Shown: positions 48,933 to 62,787, counted from the first letter of the whole stretch. The stretch is DNA of 64,000 bases, filler included, from Sphacelaria rigidula (GCA_964200075.2; 9 parts of 9 records of this genome joined end to end with filler, not necessarily neighbours in it), one strand, 5' to 3'. The notes: a model not told the origin generated them from the letters alone. Program-made: numbers and translations.

Positions 48933-49757
48933 TTCTTCACATCCCCAGCCTGTCTCATCTCCGTAGATTTAATTACTCATCATGATATCTATCGGGCACT
49001 GATTCAACTATCTCCATGATTTCGCGTTGTAATCCAGCTCTGGGATACTTGAGAACGACCCGGCGTCTGATACATCAACTAGAGACCATAAGTAGCGAGG
49101 TTCGTCTGCTGCTGAGCCGTTCCATCCGACTCGTGTACATACGAGTCATGAACCCCGCCGAGGTGACGACGTTGAGTTGTTACTGCTGCAACAGCGGCTT
49201 GGACGTACTGCTATCATCATCGACAGGCTGGTTCAGTCAGGGTGAATGCTCAAAACAACCAATTCCCCACTAAGATACAGAACGCAAAACTGGCCCGCTA
49301 GAAACGTATTTGGCGTCATAGTGCGACCCCCACGAGCAAGCTCACTGTGTGTGACATGCAGTAGCCAGTATTTTCTTGTCTTGCGCGACCCTTCTTTCTT
49401 TGCTGTGGTCTATAGCGGAAATGCTCCTCGGCCAATATCGCAGGGGGAGTCTTCAAATTGTTCTGAACTTGAAAATGAATGCGAATTTCCGACACAGTTT
49501 GTACCCAAGCTTATGAATTTAAACTTAGTAACCGTAGGCTTCGTATGCGCATTTTGTTTCGTCAAATTCAGTTCCGTTTTGTCTTTTTTACAAGCTTCCC
49601 CCGTCCACATTTTAACCCTTTTGGGACCAGGCCTCCAGAACGACCAATGAGGCTGGTCAGGAACGACGTGTCTGGCGTCTAAACGAAACAGTGGCGTGTT
49701 GCTGAAAATCCGCATATGTAACTGCAGGGTTATGACGAAGACCGAAAGTTTCATCTA

Positions 49758-49857
49758 NNNNNNNNNNNNNNNNNNNNNNNNNNNNNNNNNNNNNNNNNNN
49801 NTTAATTAATTAANNNNNNNNNNNNNNNNNNNNNNNNNNNNNNNNNNNNNNNNNNNN
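49758..49857. other. Artificial contig linker
   Basis: Same 100-bp spacer. Confidence 0.98.
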
Positions 49858-51683
49858 AATCTCGTTCGACCTTTATGCCTTTTATCAATTGTTTTGGCTA
49901 GGTTATTTCACTTTAGCTTTGGACGTCTGCAGTGGCGTGCTGATGAACCATCCCGGATGAGCTCGTGCATAAAGCCGTTGGTGGCGCACTGCGTGAATTG
50001 CATGCAACGAAGTGCAATGCGGCGGGTACGGAGCACAGGGCACCAGCGGGGCGAAACAAACTACATAGCCCACGCTCAACTATTTATGCTCAACGTGCGT
50101 ATGGTAGGTAGACAGAACAAAAGAGTGCGAAGAGCCGAAGCAGCATACCATCGTAGTACACTGTACATGCTCTCATACTACAATTTGTGAACAGGCACAC
50201 TATTTACTCTATGTAAAAGAAGTAACATTTTACCTGATCCGACCCACACGCCAGCGAACCCTCCCCTCCGAAGGTTTGTGGTCGGAGCATGCCAGTGTTG
50301 ACTATACACAAGCAGGGGTTGGACACCATGTCATGGTACGATACTCACCACCTAGGTAGAAATATGCCAGTTCAGTGGGCACCGGGGCTAGCAGGCCCAA
50401 ACACTATCATTAGTATCGAAGCCATTGAGCTCGACGTTACATAGTGTAAAGTCAGCCACCGCACCAGTGGTCAAGTGGCATGCCATGAGCCGCGCAGGCT
50501 GCACCACAACATGTGTTGCATGAAGGTCAGGCTTACATTTGTGAAGACCAGAGAATCCTCTGAGATAGCAGTCCATGATGGCGTAGATGCTCTTGTATTG
50601 TTGGCGTACAGGCTAACTTGTGCTTTGCTAGTTAAGATGCATAGTCCAAAACGCTGTGACCCAAGGGGAGCGGCCAAGTCAATCCAATCAAACAATGTAG
50701 TATGACCCATCAGGTACCAAGCATGACAACGTATAACAAATGGAACCCAGTCGACTGGAACATGACCAACAAATCTGTAACCATTTTGTTTCTTCCGGGA
50801 TACTTGGTGGAGCCGTCGAACTCAAGGTCGTCGCATTTTGGAGAGATTGAGGTCGAGGATTTCCGCTCGAGAGAGGTGTACGTAATGATGCGCGCGCGTC
50901 CTTGGGGGCATGCTTACGGGGCTTTCTCTTTCGCCGTGACAAAGGTCGGGGAACTTCCAAAACATTTTGGGATGAAACCACAACTGCGTCCAGTTGCGTA
51001 GATGGGGTCAGCATCGGGATATGACGGAGCAAAACTTGTGGGCTGCTTTCCGTAGGCAAGCTTGGCTGTTGGGGCATAGCCGAAGATATGTTGGGGCGTT
51101 TGTTAGTAAAACCGGCCGAAGGTAGGTCCGTGCGTGTTAAAAATCGCGGGGAAGGAGCTCGATCCAACTGATTGGAAATTACATGATCCGATGTGGTCAA
51201 GTTCAAATCAGCAACACTTGGGTCAGCTGAAAAAGGCTTGCTACTACCTGTGCGTGCCGTCGCTGAGGGAAGCCTTTGCCCCAGGGACTGGCGGTTGATC
51301 TTCCCACACCTCAGACTTATACTCGGCACTGAAGGACCAAGTTCAAAGCCGGGTGTAGGTCTGAGTCGCGGGATGACACAACTGTTACGCGGTGTGTGAA
51401 GGGGTGAAGACGGGGGTCGATGTGAACGGCCGTCAGATGCACTCCAGCATAGTGCCGGGGGAGCCGGGTGGACAATCTTAGTCGCGGGCTCTGCGGGCTG
51501 TGTTGAAAAAGGTGGGGAGGTAGGAGACGGAGGTCGATATGAACGGCCGTCAGTTACGCTCCTGGATAGTGCCGAGGGGGTCGAGTGAGCAATATTAGAC
51601 ACGGACTCCGCGGGCTGTGTTGAGAAAGTCTTCACTCGTGCTATAGGCGGCGTGTAAGACCGAAGAACGCCGGCGTCGGCACG

Positions 51684-54460
51684 TCATGGATCTAGGCGAT
51701 CCGTGGTGAAGGTACCAGGGTTTCTGGTGTTGGGATTAGAGCTTTGTGTCGGTCCCGTCCGCTGGTGTCTATCAGCGGAACGTTTGTTGTCGCGAGAATT
51801 TTGATCGTTCTGGCGAGGGCTTCTGTGATTATTGTTTCGTCGGCGACCGCAGTTAGAGCTTTTGTTGCCACGTTGGTTCGAATTGTTACTGTAATTTCGA
51901 TTAGGCGGGCGGTAGTCGCGCATACGTTTTTGCCATCGGCACCACGCGGGTTCATTGTCCTGCAATTCAGGATTCATGAGATCAAAGGCATTGATGCATG
52001 GATTGTCGCAGTCGCGCATACTGTGGCCTTGAACACTACAGTTAATCCAACTGTTGGCATGACTGATGAAGGCATTGCGTCTAGCGGAAGACGAAAGAAG
52101 TGGGTTCCACAAATGGGGGTCATCGGTTATGAATGCCGTTGTTGAAGTCAAATAAACATCATCCGAAGTTTCCTCGGAAAACGGCCAACCATCAAAACTC
52201 ACGCTAAATGCATCTCTGGTACCCTGAAGATGCATGACTGAACCGGCGAAAGAGTCGGGGGTCCATGAAGCGCGAGACGAGCTTGAATTCCTGCCGCGAG
52301 CCCCTTGGGCATGAGCGGAGGACACAACCGTAGGTTGTGAACGCACAGACGTAAAAGGTTTGCCACGTATGGCGGGCGTTAGATTATCCTCTCGGTGTAC
52401 AAAAACAGACCACATAGTATCAGCGGAGGCGTAAGGCATCTCGCGATGCGCCAAGACACCCGGAAACAACGACGGCATCAGAGCCGGATACTGTTGAGCA
52501 ACGCTATTGCGAACGTAAGTCTGACATTGCATCGCTCGGTCCGTTCTGGCGTCCGATACCCGTCGTACCCGAAACCAAAAGCATAAATTCGCGGAGATAA
52601 TCCGCGAAGGGGACATCAGATGCGACGACAAAATAACTCAGTCTCTGGATGGCACTGGCCTGGTCACTTTTATCGAAGTAACCGATCAAACGCCTCTCCA
52701 AATCAGAGAGTAAGACCGGGCCTGTCTTCCCCTTGGCACGGTCCGGGTCCATCTCGGCGAGGAAGCCGTCGAGAATCTGCATTAAAGAAGCAGCGAGGTC
52801 GAGAGCGGCTAATCGATCGAAGCATTGCTTTGTGCAAGGGAGTCTGCCAGCCCTCTACCTAGTCGGAATCTTCGAAACGTTGTGTGCCAGTCAGATCCGT
52901 CAAGTGAAAGATGTTACAAACAGTGCGGTGGATGGACGTGATAAGGGCAGAAGTAAACTGGCCCGAATCTTCGTTATCCGCAGCAGGCATGGTTTTGATG
53001 TGCCAGGGTTTTTTCACATCCATCTGAATATATTGTCTCTGTATTGCAGCTACTCGGGCAGACTCAGCTCTATCGGAAGCTGCTTTTTGCTAGCTTCGGA
53101 ACGTTCTTTGTCAGCCGCAGCGGTTGCTATGGCACGGGCTGCAATAGAAGACAAGAGGCGGTCAGGTGTGTCTGCATCGGATAAATCTAAAATGCGGGCC
53201 GAAACATCAGCCAATTTAGGGATCACTTGCCTGAGGGTCGCTGAACCCGAGGGGGAAGGTCTGTACAAGACCGGTTCCAGCCCGTTGCGGATGAACCGGA
53301 ACAGTTACCTCCTGAGTTCGTGCGGTGCGGTTTGCGAGGCGGGCGGTTCGGTCCGCAACCGCCCGAAGAGAATCCTCCATCGCCATGGCGGCGGCGTGAA
53401 TTCCCGCCATCGTTGTCGTCGTCATCGCGCCTGTGATTCTTCTTCTAGCCATGGCAATGGGATGTTGCGGGGGTCCACGCATCTTCATCTTCGTCTCGGT
53501 CGATGGTGGCGCCGGGATGAGTGTTGTAGGCGGCGCGAAGCGCCGCAAAAAGTTGGATGACCGCGGCGACGTAAGTTTGGTGTTTCTGGTGATTGCCAAT
53601 GGTTGTTTGAAGAACCAGTTGGCCCGAGGTGAGCACCGGGACGCCCTTTTCGGGGATGAATCGTTCTGGTCGACGTAAACCCCCACAGCTTAAACCATTC
53701 GCTGTGAGATTAGGGCCCATGCGTCGCGGGAGCAATAGAGGTGATTTCGGCATTGAAAGGGACCGGTATAGATGGCCACGGGACGAGAAAGCCACTCTCG
53801 TTCGTGGGACACCAGTTGCAAGTATTGTGCAGTAACGACATTCGCCGCCGAGCTAGCTCCATGAGGTGGCGGTGTTGGAGCCGTCGTGGTGGTAGCAACG
53901 GCCGCAGCAGACGACGTTATGTCGGACTTGCGTGGTATGACGTAAGTAGACCTGTTGGGCGTTTGCGGGCGAGGCTGGCGGGCGCTGAGCAAGTGACTCG
54001 CGGAAGACGGAGAGGCTTGGTGGTTAGACAAGCGTGCCACCGACGAGTCCGCTTCTTGAGCCGTTCGCCGGACATGGTCTTCGAGCTCGCGCACCCGTCT
54101 CTGGGCCGCCATGGCTGCAGTACGGCCCTCCTGCAGCGCTCGTTGCGCCGCCGTGCTCGTGCATTGAGCATGGGAGGCCTGCCGCTCAAGATCCTTGAGC
54201 TTCTCTGCGTGGTCCTCCAGAAGGAGGCGGGCAGCGGCGGCGTCAGCGTAGCGTTGCTGATCAAGGATGTGTTGTGCTAGTGCAGGCGCCTGTGACGCGT
54301 AGTCATCAATTAGTTGGAGCTGTTCCGCACGGGGGCGGTTGTACGTGAAACAAAGGTGACGTTGTGCACAACACGGGCAACGCTGAGGGCGGGTGCCGAA
54401 AAAATGTAGTGCACAGGCAAGGGGCACTGATTTCGAGTGCTGTCTGCTCCAGGTGAGCAC
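51684..54460 (-). pseudogene. Frameshifted gag-like region of copy B
   Basis: ORF pieces 53690-54460, 53050-53268, 52504-52782 and 51684-52631 are colinear with copy A and end in a CCHC-like knuckle and basic tail. Confidence 0.7.
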
Positions 54461-54495
54461 GTAACGTAGGTTTGGAATGTTTCAAACGAATATTA

Positions 54496-54745
54496 GACTG
54501 CTGCCGAGATAGCCCCCCCCCCAAACGGACCAAAAACGTGCACGGAGGCGATGATCATAACTGCCGTTAAAGCTGGTTTCATGCTGCACGACGCGATTGA
54601 TTTGGGCGTTATAGCTGATTTCGGACTACTACACGCCTCTGATGTGGGCGAAATTGCTGCAAACGAGCCCAATTGTGGGATCGCAGCCGGTTCGTCGGAT
54701 GGGTGCCGGTGCACTTTTTGTGGGGAGGCTATCTCGACATTAGTC
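54496..54745 (+). mobile_element. 250-bp Sola-like MITE inserted in retrotransposon copy B
   Basis: TIR GACT..TG(C/T)CGAGATAGCC.CCC, ATTA on both flanks. Confidence 0.85.
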
Positions 54746-55629
54746 ATTATCGCGACGAAACCGTCTCGGAACAATAAATTTTGTTCATTCGAGAGGGGGT
54801 CAAATGAAAAAAAAAACTCACAGTTCGTTGTGCTATGTATTGTTACTTACCACAGGGATGTACCGCGTTGCTCTACGGCTGTGCGAAGTACAGAAGAGGA
54901 CAACAACAATAAAGTAGCTACAAGCAACGAACTTAAAGTGCCGGAACGGGTCCAAATCTCGTGTACAGATGTCCGCGGTCACTTTGTGGGAGCACGGGTT
55001 GTACTTGTTCAGTAATTTCGTGAAGGAAAGATACAACGGTCGCGTACAATCGATACTAAAAATATAAGAGCAACAGAGCGATGACTTGGCTAGGAGCTCA
55101 GGTCAGGGACAGCGGCTGACTATGAGCAACAGTGCGCCTTTTGCACTGGTGTTCTGTGCAAACCTGTAGTAGAAGAATTTTCCTGGTAGAAGGAAAGTGG
55201 GCAACAAGGCCAAATACGCGAGCCAAGGATGGCTTGGCGCGTGTCCGTGCCGGACTGAATCACCGAAGGATTTACGTCGTGCAGTCGGAACTTACACCGT
55301 GCAGCGTGCAGATGTATATGCCACAAAATGACAGCAAGGCGAGACTGGCAAGCGGTGTGCGTTGACCCAACGTAGCACAAGATTTGCGGTCAAGCGCTGC
55401 AGCAAGTCGCGAGCAGCAGGGCACGAATAATCTTTACCAGGGGACACACAGGGCAGAAGTTTTGCAGTAGCTACTGACTATCGAGAAGCGATAGGTTCGA
55501 CTTCTTACCGTACCGAAGAAAAACACGAGGGGGCAAAAGTGATTATAAAGCTGGGGTCACGCAGCTCGACGGGAGGGGATACAAATCGGTATCAAGAAGG
55601 AAACGCAATTGCCAAAGAAAAAGCTCCTT

Positions 55630-55641
55630 GGTCAAACGCCA
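55630..55641 (-). promoter_or_regulatory. tRNA primer-binding site
   Basis: ATTACA-T-TGGCGTTTGACC on the minus strand. Confidence 0.7.
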
Positions 55642-56119
55642 ATGTAATGAAGAGCTGTTGTGCAATATTGCAAGGAAACAGCTTGCAATCCAAGGGCACA
55701 GCATCACGAGGCATTTGGATAACAGTCAGGCTGCCACAGCTTGCAAGTGCTGCACACAGGCTCAGCAATCAAATGTCAGACGACTTTTCACGCGGTGATT
55801 CTTAACTTTTACTTGATTGTCTTGTGTCTTACCCCAGTATCCAATCAATCAATCAATCCAACCCGAATATGTCTCACCGATGCTTAGACTTCTTTCTGCT
55901 GCACACGTGGACAAATAGCACACTGTAGGACGAGCTGCACAGGGTTCTCCACAGTCTTTGTGAAAACCCCTGTGTAGCATTTGCAAACCCTAGTACCTGT
56001 AATAGCCTTTTGCGTAGCGTTTTTGTCGAAACCCTGCAAGCAACCCTGTGGAGAGGCCTTCCCAATTTGGAAAATTCCAAATTATTTTGGTACAAAATCT
56101 TTAAATTTATTTCTTTGGG

Positions 56120-56207
56120 ATAGCTTCTCCTGCTGTCGGAGATAGATTCCTTTTTGCCCGATTTGAATCAGGCAAAAAGGAATCTATCTCGGACAGCAGA
56201 AGCTATT
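56120..56207. repeat. Inverted repeat / hairpin
   Basis: CTGCTGTCGGAGATAGATTCCTTTTTGCC pairs with GGCAAAAAGGAATCTATCTCGGACAGCAG. Confidence 0.85.
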
Positions 56208-56879
56208 CGAAACAGATCCTTTTTTCGCCCAATATAAATGGGCGAAAAAAAAAAACATTTCGAACAGCTTCTTCTGCTGCGCAAATCCCATGCACACTCA
56301 CTACTTGCAGATTTGGAATTTGAACAGCAGAAGAAGCTCGAAATAAATCTTCACTTTGCCCCCCATTTCATCCGGAGATTGGGGGAAAAGATATTTATTG
56401 CGAACAGCGTCAGCTGCTGGGCAAATCCCGCATACTGCATCGGTACCAGTGCATGGGATCCGACAAGCAGAAAAAAATGTTGAAAGATTCATCCTTTTGC
56501 CCCCCGATCCATGCACACAGGCTAAATAATTAATAATTATCAACAGCTTTTGCTAAATGGAGATCCGACACACTGATTACGACCGAGTGTATGTCCACAC
56601 GCCAGCGAGTTTCGATACTAAGCTTGTGCTCAAGACGTGAATACTGGGAGAGATGTGTACACCTTGCATATCAGTGCACATTGCTTTTGAAAACCCCGTG
56701 GTCCGCAGTCTACCAAAATCACTCAACCGAGTATGCTTTTGTTTAGAGAGTTTTTCGTTTGATAGTTATTACAAGCACAAAATGATTTTTCCATGTACAC
56801 CAACTCAGAACAGCCAATCATCTATGTTGAGGATGGTGCTTTTGATTGAGGATGAGAACCCGGAGGATTAAAATCTTCG

Positions 56880-56979
56880 NNNNNNNNNNNNNNNNNNNNN
56901 NNNNNNNNNNNNNNNNNNNNNNNTTAATTAATTAANNNNNNNNNNNNNNNNNNNNNNNNNNNNNNNNNNNNNNNNNNNN
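56880..56979. other. Artificial contig linker
   Basis: Same 100-bp spacer. Confidence 0.98.
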
Positions 56980-57145
56980 TGCATCCTGCCAAGATTTCTC
57001 CGGCCCGAGGCGTACTGATCATCTTGCATGTGGATTACAGCCTACAATGAGTTTCTTTATTTTCTGGTATCGCCACTTCCAGAGACAGCCACGGCTTATA
57101 CATTGCCTCATGGGTGTCTCACCATGGGGGGAAGGGGGGGGGGGC
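56980..57145 (+). repeat. Dispersed repeat at contig start
   Basis: Reverse complement of 21115-21269. Confidence 0.8.
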
Positions 57146-57808
57146 GCAAACAAAAGCGCATACAGTTCAGGACTCATGTACAGAGTCGTGCCAGGGGACC
57201 CCAAAAAGGGGGTTCACTCGGTGCAATTCCGAGACTATCTGCGTAGGGAAGGGATGTACCCTGCCTTGGTGCCTGCCCCAACAAGGAACCACCGCGAGGG
57301 CGGGTCAGCTTTAAGGCAGGCCCCGAAACGGTGGGAGAGCGGAGTGCACCGGTCTCGACCGTCAAACGCGCTGTACTACACTTATTGTGATCAAACGGAA
57401 CATTATATATGGACGGGACTCGTTTTTCTATTTATTCTATTTTTTCGTAAAATTGAGAGTTTTTTCCGACCTCTCTCTCTCTCGATAAAAAAAAACACGC
57501 TGAAATAAAAGATCCGACACTAGTGCAGGGTTCTCGGAGTGTGAGTCTGCACGTCGTTAGTCTGGAATATATTTATATTGCTTGGCCTGGATAAAAAAAA
57601 TGCTTTCACATTTTTCGGGGAAGAACCTTCTTATACCCCCCCGAAAAAGTGGGAGATTTCGTCTGATGTGAAAAAACGATCCCGTGAACAATGCCCCTGA
57701 GAGCGAAGCACACAGCACGGGTTCCTTTCTGTTTCCTGGGGGACGCAAAAAAAATAAATAATAATAAGGTATCTTGCTGCCACTCGCCCATCGTGGCACT
57801 CGAGACCA

Positions 57809-58056
57809 GACTAATGCCGAGATAGCCCCCCCACGAAAGTGCACCGACGACCGTCCGACAAACCGGCTGCGATCTCACTTTTGGGCTCGTTTGCAGCAAT
57901 TTCGCACACATGAGAGGTGTGTAGCAGTCCAACACCAGCTATGACGCCCAAATGAGTCGCGTTGTGCAACACGAAACCAGCTCCAACGGCATTTATGATC
58001 ATCACCTCCGTGCACTTTCTTGGCCAGTTCGGGGGGGGGCTATCTCGGCACCAGTC
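57809..58056 (-). mobile_element. 248-bp Sola-like MITE
   Basis: TIR GACTAATGCCGAGATAGCCCCCC; flanks ACCA/AGCA. Confidence 0.85.
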
Positions 58057-58144
58057 AGCACTGGTAAGAACGCACCTCCTACCGAGAGCGTGTTGGGTAG
58101 AGTATTTCCTCTATTTTTGGGCATTTTAAAAAATCGTACTTTAA

Positions 58145-59080
58145 GGCCGCTTGTTCAATGGTGAACTAAACAAAGTCCTCCAAAAATGCATTATTGATCC
58201 TTCTTCGTCGTTTTACGCGCTAAAAGAGAGCTATAAAAGGCTGAGTTTGACACCTTGCTGGAAGGAATTGCTCTGATCGTTGAGACGGTTCCAGGACGTC
58301 TTGGCGTTCTCCGGTGGCCACAGTTTTGTTTTGAGCCAGACTTACATTTTTGTCCAAGGTCCCTTCTTATAGACTGGAAAAAAAAATCTCGGAGAACTGC
58401 CCTTTTAAACCTGTCATCACGGATTATCGGCGGAATATGGGCCTTGGCGGATTGGGCCTCTTCGGAAAGATTGCTATATTTTTCTCGAGGATACCAGCGC
58501 GCTTGTCCGATCTTATGTACGCCCAGTTTTACTTCTGGCCGGATTCTAGATTTTTTCAGTCGTCCCATAAAACTTCGAGTTGCCGGGGAAAATTACGCAT
58601 TTTCCCCGACAACTGGACGATTTGGGGGCGACTGAAAAAATAAAGATTTCGGTCAAAGGTAAAACTGGGCGTACAAACAATCGGAAAAGTGCGCTAGAAT
58701 CCTCTTGAAAACGACAGCGAATCTTTCCTAGGAGGCAAAATCCGCCAAGGCCCGTATTCCGCCACTAATCCGTAATGAAAGGTTCAAAAGGGTAGTCCTC
58801 AGAGAGATTTTTTTTCAGTCTATGAGAAGCCGCCTAAGAACGGCGAAGAACGGTCAAATTTAGAAGGAAACGCAATTTTTCTTCGGACTTGATTGGCCGT
58901 CTCTGGACAAAAATGCTTGTCCGGCCAAAATAAAAACTGTGGCCACCGGAAAACGCGAAGACGTCCTGGAACTGTCTCAACGAGTAGACCAGTAAGTCAT
59001 TACAGTGAGGTGTCAAACTCTGCCTAGCTCTCTTTTAGAACGTAAAACGACGAAGAAGGGACTAAAAAAGCACTTCTTTT
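58145..59080. mobile_element. Tourist-like fold-back MITE (family of 11015-11489) interrupted by a second fold-back
   Basis: TAA-GGCCGC start; arms match the 11015 family. Confidence 0.8.
58358..58834. mobile_element. Nested ~475-bp fold-back MITE
   Basis: Palindromic about ~58595; ends CTTCTTATAGACTG / CAGTCTATGAGAAG; flanks CAA/TAA. Confidence 0.8.
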
Positions 59081-59283
59081 ACAGGATAATATTCTTTGCT
59101 TGCCGTAAAAAGGAGCTGCCCAAGAACACAAAACGCGGGTCGAGTATTCAGATCATACTCCACAATACCCAGATATGTTTGGGTAGAGTGCATGCGATCT
59201 GCGGCAGCACCGGATCCTTTGAGGTTAGCCATATATGTTCTCTTCATTATCTCCTTTATTACTGAATTGCTTGTATCGCGTCT

Positions 59284-59287
59284 GTGA

Positions 59288-59337
<50 letters not shown>
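59284..59337. repeat. (GT)n microsatellite
   Basis: Seen directly. Confidence 0.95.
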
Positions 59338-59340
<3 letters not shown>

Positions 59341-59670
59341 TTTTGTTCTGTTTTGTTTGTTTGATTTCCTCATACCTTAATATAGGTAGCTGTAGCCTGT
59401 GACCACGGAAGGCGTCCGCATCAGATGCCCAGTACGGATGTACCGCGCAGATATCGGAACCGTTTTCGTTGTGAGGACAACAACAACAACAACAACAACA
59501 GTGATCGTACCTAACTTGACCCAACATTTGGGTAAAGTTCGTAGATCGGACCATGGTAACACGAAATTGGGGAGATTAAACACCCGCGTATTTACCCTAC
59601 CCAATAGACACACCCTTGCTTCCAATTAGAGGTACGAGCTGGGCCAGCCTGGAGGCGGATTTCAAGTCTG

Positions 59671-59941
59671 CAGGCCCATGCGCCGGTCAATATTGAGAAT
59701 TGGAGCGTAAATTTTGGTATGGGCAATGCATATGGCATAAAAAAAAAATTACGTCGGCACCATTTTTTTTTTTAATGAGTTTAGGGCAATAATTAGTTCT
59801 CAGGTATCAGTAAAATACCTTCAACTCATGATAGAAAAAGGAAAACCTTTTGGTGCCGATGTGACTGTTTTTAAAGCCCTATGCATTGTCCACACCATAT
59901 TTTACGCTCCAACTCTGAGTATTGGCCGGCGCATACGCCTG
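59671..59941. mobile_element. 270-bp fold-back with CAGG...CCTG termini
   Basis: Arms of ~90 bp pair (ATGCGCCGG.CAATA...TTGGAGCGTAAA). Confidence 0.75.
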
Positions 59942-60961
59942 TTAAAACCGGGTCGGTAGAAATTTGGAACAGTATTTCGCAGGCCACTTACCGGCCCACG
60001 TTTGGTTGTTGTGTATTGGAATTTTGTGCGGGTGCTCGCTAGGGCATACTTTACAAAAGTCAGTGGGTCAGGTTGATTTTAGTTCATTTTTTTCGCTGGT
60101 TTACGGCGTTCTAGTATGGTAAAGACCACTTTTTCACGAGAATGCCCTTACCTCTATGAAAAAAAAAAAAGCCCATTTTTTCATTCCGCACACCTCCGTG
60201 GTTCAATATGTTAAGTTTCAAATCACAATTCTAAAAATCGAGCTGAAAAATTGAGATCAGGCGTAAGAGCAATGTTCATTTCTCCGCAAAACCCCACTAA
60301 CAACACGAAAAAAAAAAAACGAAATAAAGGTAAAACGCGAATTTCTTTTATTTGATTATGCAGTAGCGGTTCTTCATTCGAAATTTCACAACACAACTCT
60401 CAAAAACTGAGACGCGATATCCAGATTTGGGGCATTGCGTGCCTCTGCTCGTAATATATTGATTTTAGTATATAAGCTTATGTGTGCCATATCTCGAGAT
60501 AGATCACGAAATAGGTGAAGGTGAGGATATCTATCGTCTCCCCGTGCTCCAGGGAATGTCCACACCAAAATTCGTCGTCATCCGCTGAATGTATCGTTCG
60601 GGGTTTCATATAGGTTTTAGTGTGGATGCTATGTCCGTAAGGTATAGGAATTACTGGACATGGGGTTCAATCAACGAGAAAATATTGGCCCAGATTTTTG
60701 AGCAGATGAGCAACTTCCCCTCGATTACACAATTAATGCGATATGTGGATCACGGCCCAACTCGTCTGTGTCGATGAGATCTCGCTCTAAAAGGAGCTTA
60801 ACCCCTAGGACGCGAGATTAGTCTTTGTGGATCAACCCTTAGACCGCGAGGTTAGTCTTCTGTTAAATCGGCATCAATTTCAAGTGAAAAAAATATGCAT
60901 GATCCACAAAGACTTATCTCGCGGTCTAAGGGTTAAATGCGTTCTTAGCCTGACCCGGCTC

Positions 60962-61168
60962 GTATCTCAAACGCGGCTCCCGGTTTCCTCGTTTGTTCGC
61001 TGCGGCTCTGAGTTTTGTACTATCTTCGTCAAGTGAAAGTTATGGCGATTCATAGGAGGACCTGACCTGGCGGTCAAAGGGTCCCATCATCTGATGGATC
61101 GTAGTCACTTTCACTTGACGAAATAGTACAAAACAAACCAGGAAATCGGGAACCGAGTGTGAGACACC
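60962..61168. repeat. Imperfect ~200-bp inverted repeat
   Basis: GTTTTGTACTAT..TCGTCAAGTGAAAGT pairs with ACTTTCACTTGACGAAATAGTACAAAAC. Confidence 0.7.
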
Positions 61169-61719
61169 TCGATGAAACACTTACTGCATGGCGTGGACTG
61201 ACTACTGTTGTGGCTACACATCTGCAGGGGTCACAGGTCTACTCGTGGCGTTGGTGTCCGTTTCGAAAGTGCTGATGCAACGCATTCCCCGAGCACATCA
61301 CAGACCATGCACGCCACGGAGCAAAAAGAGGAAGGATGGGAGCATATTATTCAGCGGGATCTGCTGTTTAGGGGTAAATATTAACGGATTTTCTTTAGCT
61401 TTTTTGTAATTTCTCCGAATTTGCCGGGAAGGGGAGGGGGGGGGATCCGAGACATATGAGAGTAGACTTGTTCACCAGGTCAGCTGGCAATAGATCAACT
61501 AACCCTTTTGGGACCGGACTCCCAGATACATGGTGCTTGCACGCAAGGGTGTTTTTTGTGAATCGGCATCATTTTTACCTTGAACCTTAGACCGCGAGGG
61601 TAGTCTATCTGGATAATGCATACTTTTTTCGAATAAAAGTGATCGCGATTCAACAGATGACGCACTCTCGCCGTCCAGGGGTTAAATCGACTGACGATGA
61701 TACCGAGTACAGGGAGGGG

Positions 61720-61885
61720 ACCTATAGCTTTGGGCGTATATCTGTGGTTGATTTTTTCGAACAAACTAATAATAACACTAACCCTAACCCCGACCCAAGG
61801 CGTACGAGATCCTCGGGCAAGGGGGTGGATAAGTTTGCCTAGACAGAGTGTGCGTTAGCAGACCTCAAATCAACGCCGCAGGCAC
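61720..61885 (-). repeat. Second telomere-repeat-bearing family
   Basis: CTAACCCTAACCCC.CCCAAGGC...CCTCGGGC.AGGGGGTG...CAGACCTCAAATC; also 62358-62640 (inverted) and 63690-63845. Confidence 0.7.
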
Positions 61886-62787
61886 ATTCTGGACGATCGT
61901 CATCATGCAGATTGCTTACAAGTGAAATTGATGGCGATTCAACAGATGACCCACTCTCATTGTTTTAACCCTTGGACCGCGAGGTTAGTCTTCTGTTGAA
62001 TCGCCATCAATTTCAAATGAAAAAAAGTATGCATGATCCAGGAAGACTAATCTCGCGGTCTAAGGGTTAAGCCTGACACCGCGAGGGTAGTCTATCTGGA
62101 TCATGGATACTTTTTTCAAGTGAAATTGATGCCGATTCAGCAGATGACCTACTCTCGCTGTCTAGGGGTTAAGGGTTGCCCCATAGACCGCGAAGGCAGT
62201 CCATCTGGACCATGCATACTTTTCTCAAGTGAAAATTTATGCCGATTGACCAACCCTCGCGGTCAGAGGGTCAACTCTTGAACAACGAGAGTAGGTCATC
62301 CGTTGAATCGCCATCAATTTCACTTGAAAGCAATATGCATGATGATCGAGCTGGCAGTATAGGTCACCACTTAGGAGAGTGCTACGGCTGATTTTTAATT
62401 CGACTTGATTTTAGTGTCGAAAGCGAAATCCGGATCTTTATCGGGGCTGTGCTCCACGCGTGCTCCTAGCGTGCGCAGAACGCGTTTTCATTGAAATCGG
62501 CTCCTGGGGCGCCGATCTGAGGTCTGGCAACGCACACTTTGCCTAACGACCACTTTTCACCCCCATGCCCGAGGGTTCTCGGTGTGCCTTCGTCGGGATT
62601 AGGGTTAGCGTTAGGGTTGGGGTTATAGTTAGTGAGGTAAACTAACCTCCCAGCTGGACTACCCCCGCGGCCAATGGGTCAACCCCTGGATCGCGGTGCG
62701 GATAGTCCATCTGGATCACGCATAATTTTTTCAAGTGAAATTGATGCCGATTCAGCGGGTGACCTACCCTTGCGGTCGAAGGGTTAA

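Larger units (their letters stand above)
50390..55800 (-). mobile_element. Decayed LTR retrotransposon (probably Ty3/Gypsy), copy B
   Basis: LTR end ATTACA (55643) plus PBS TGGCGTT; fragmented gag homologous to copy A; degenerate knuckle WINCSVQGHSMRDC (~52008-52049); both outer limits approximate. Confidence 0.7.

Noticed and set aside
50390-50760. Retroviral protease call
   Set aside because: Only a vague C-terminal motif (LVPDGSYYIV*LD); no catalytic D(S/T)G recognised
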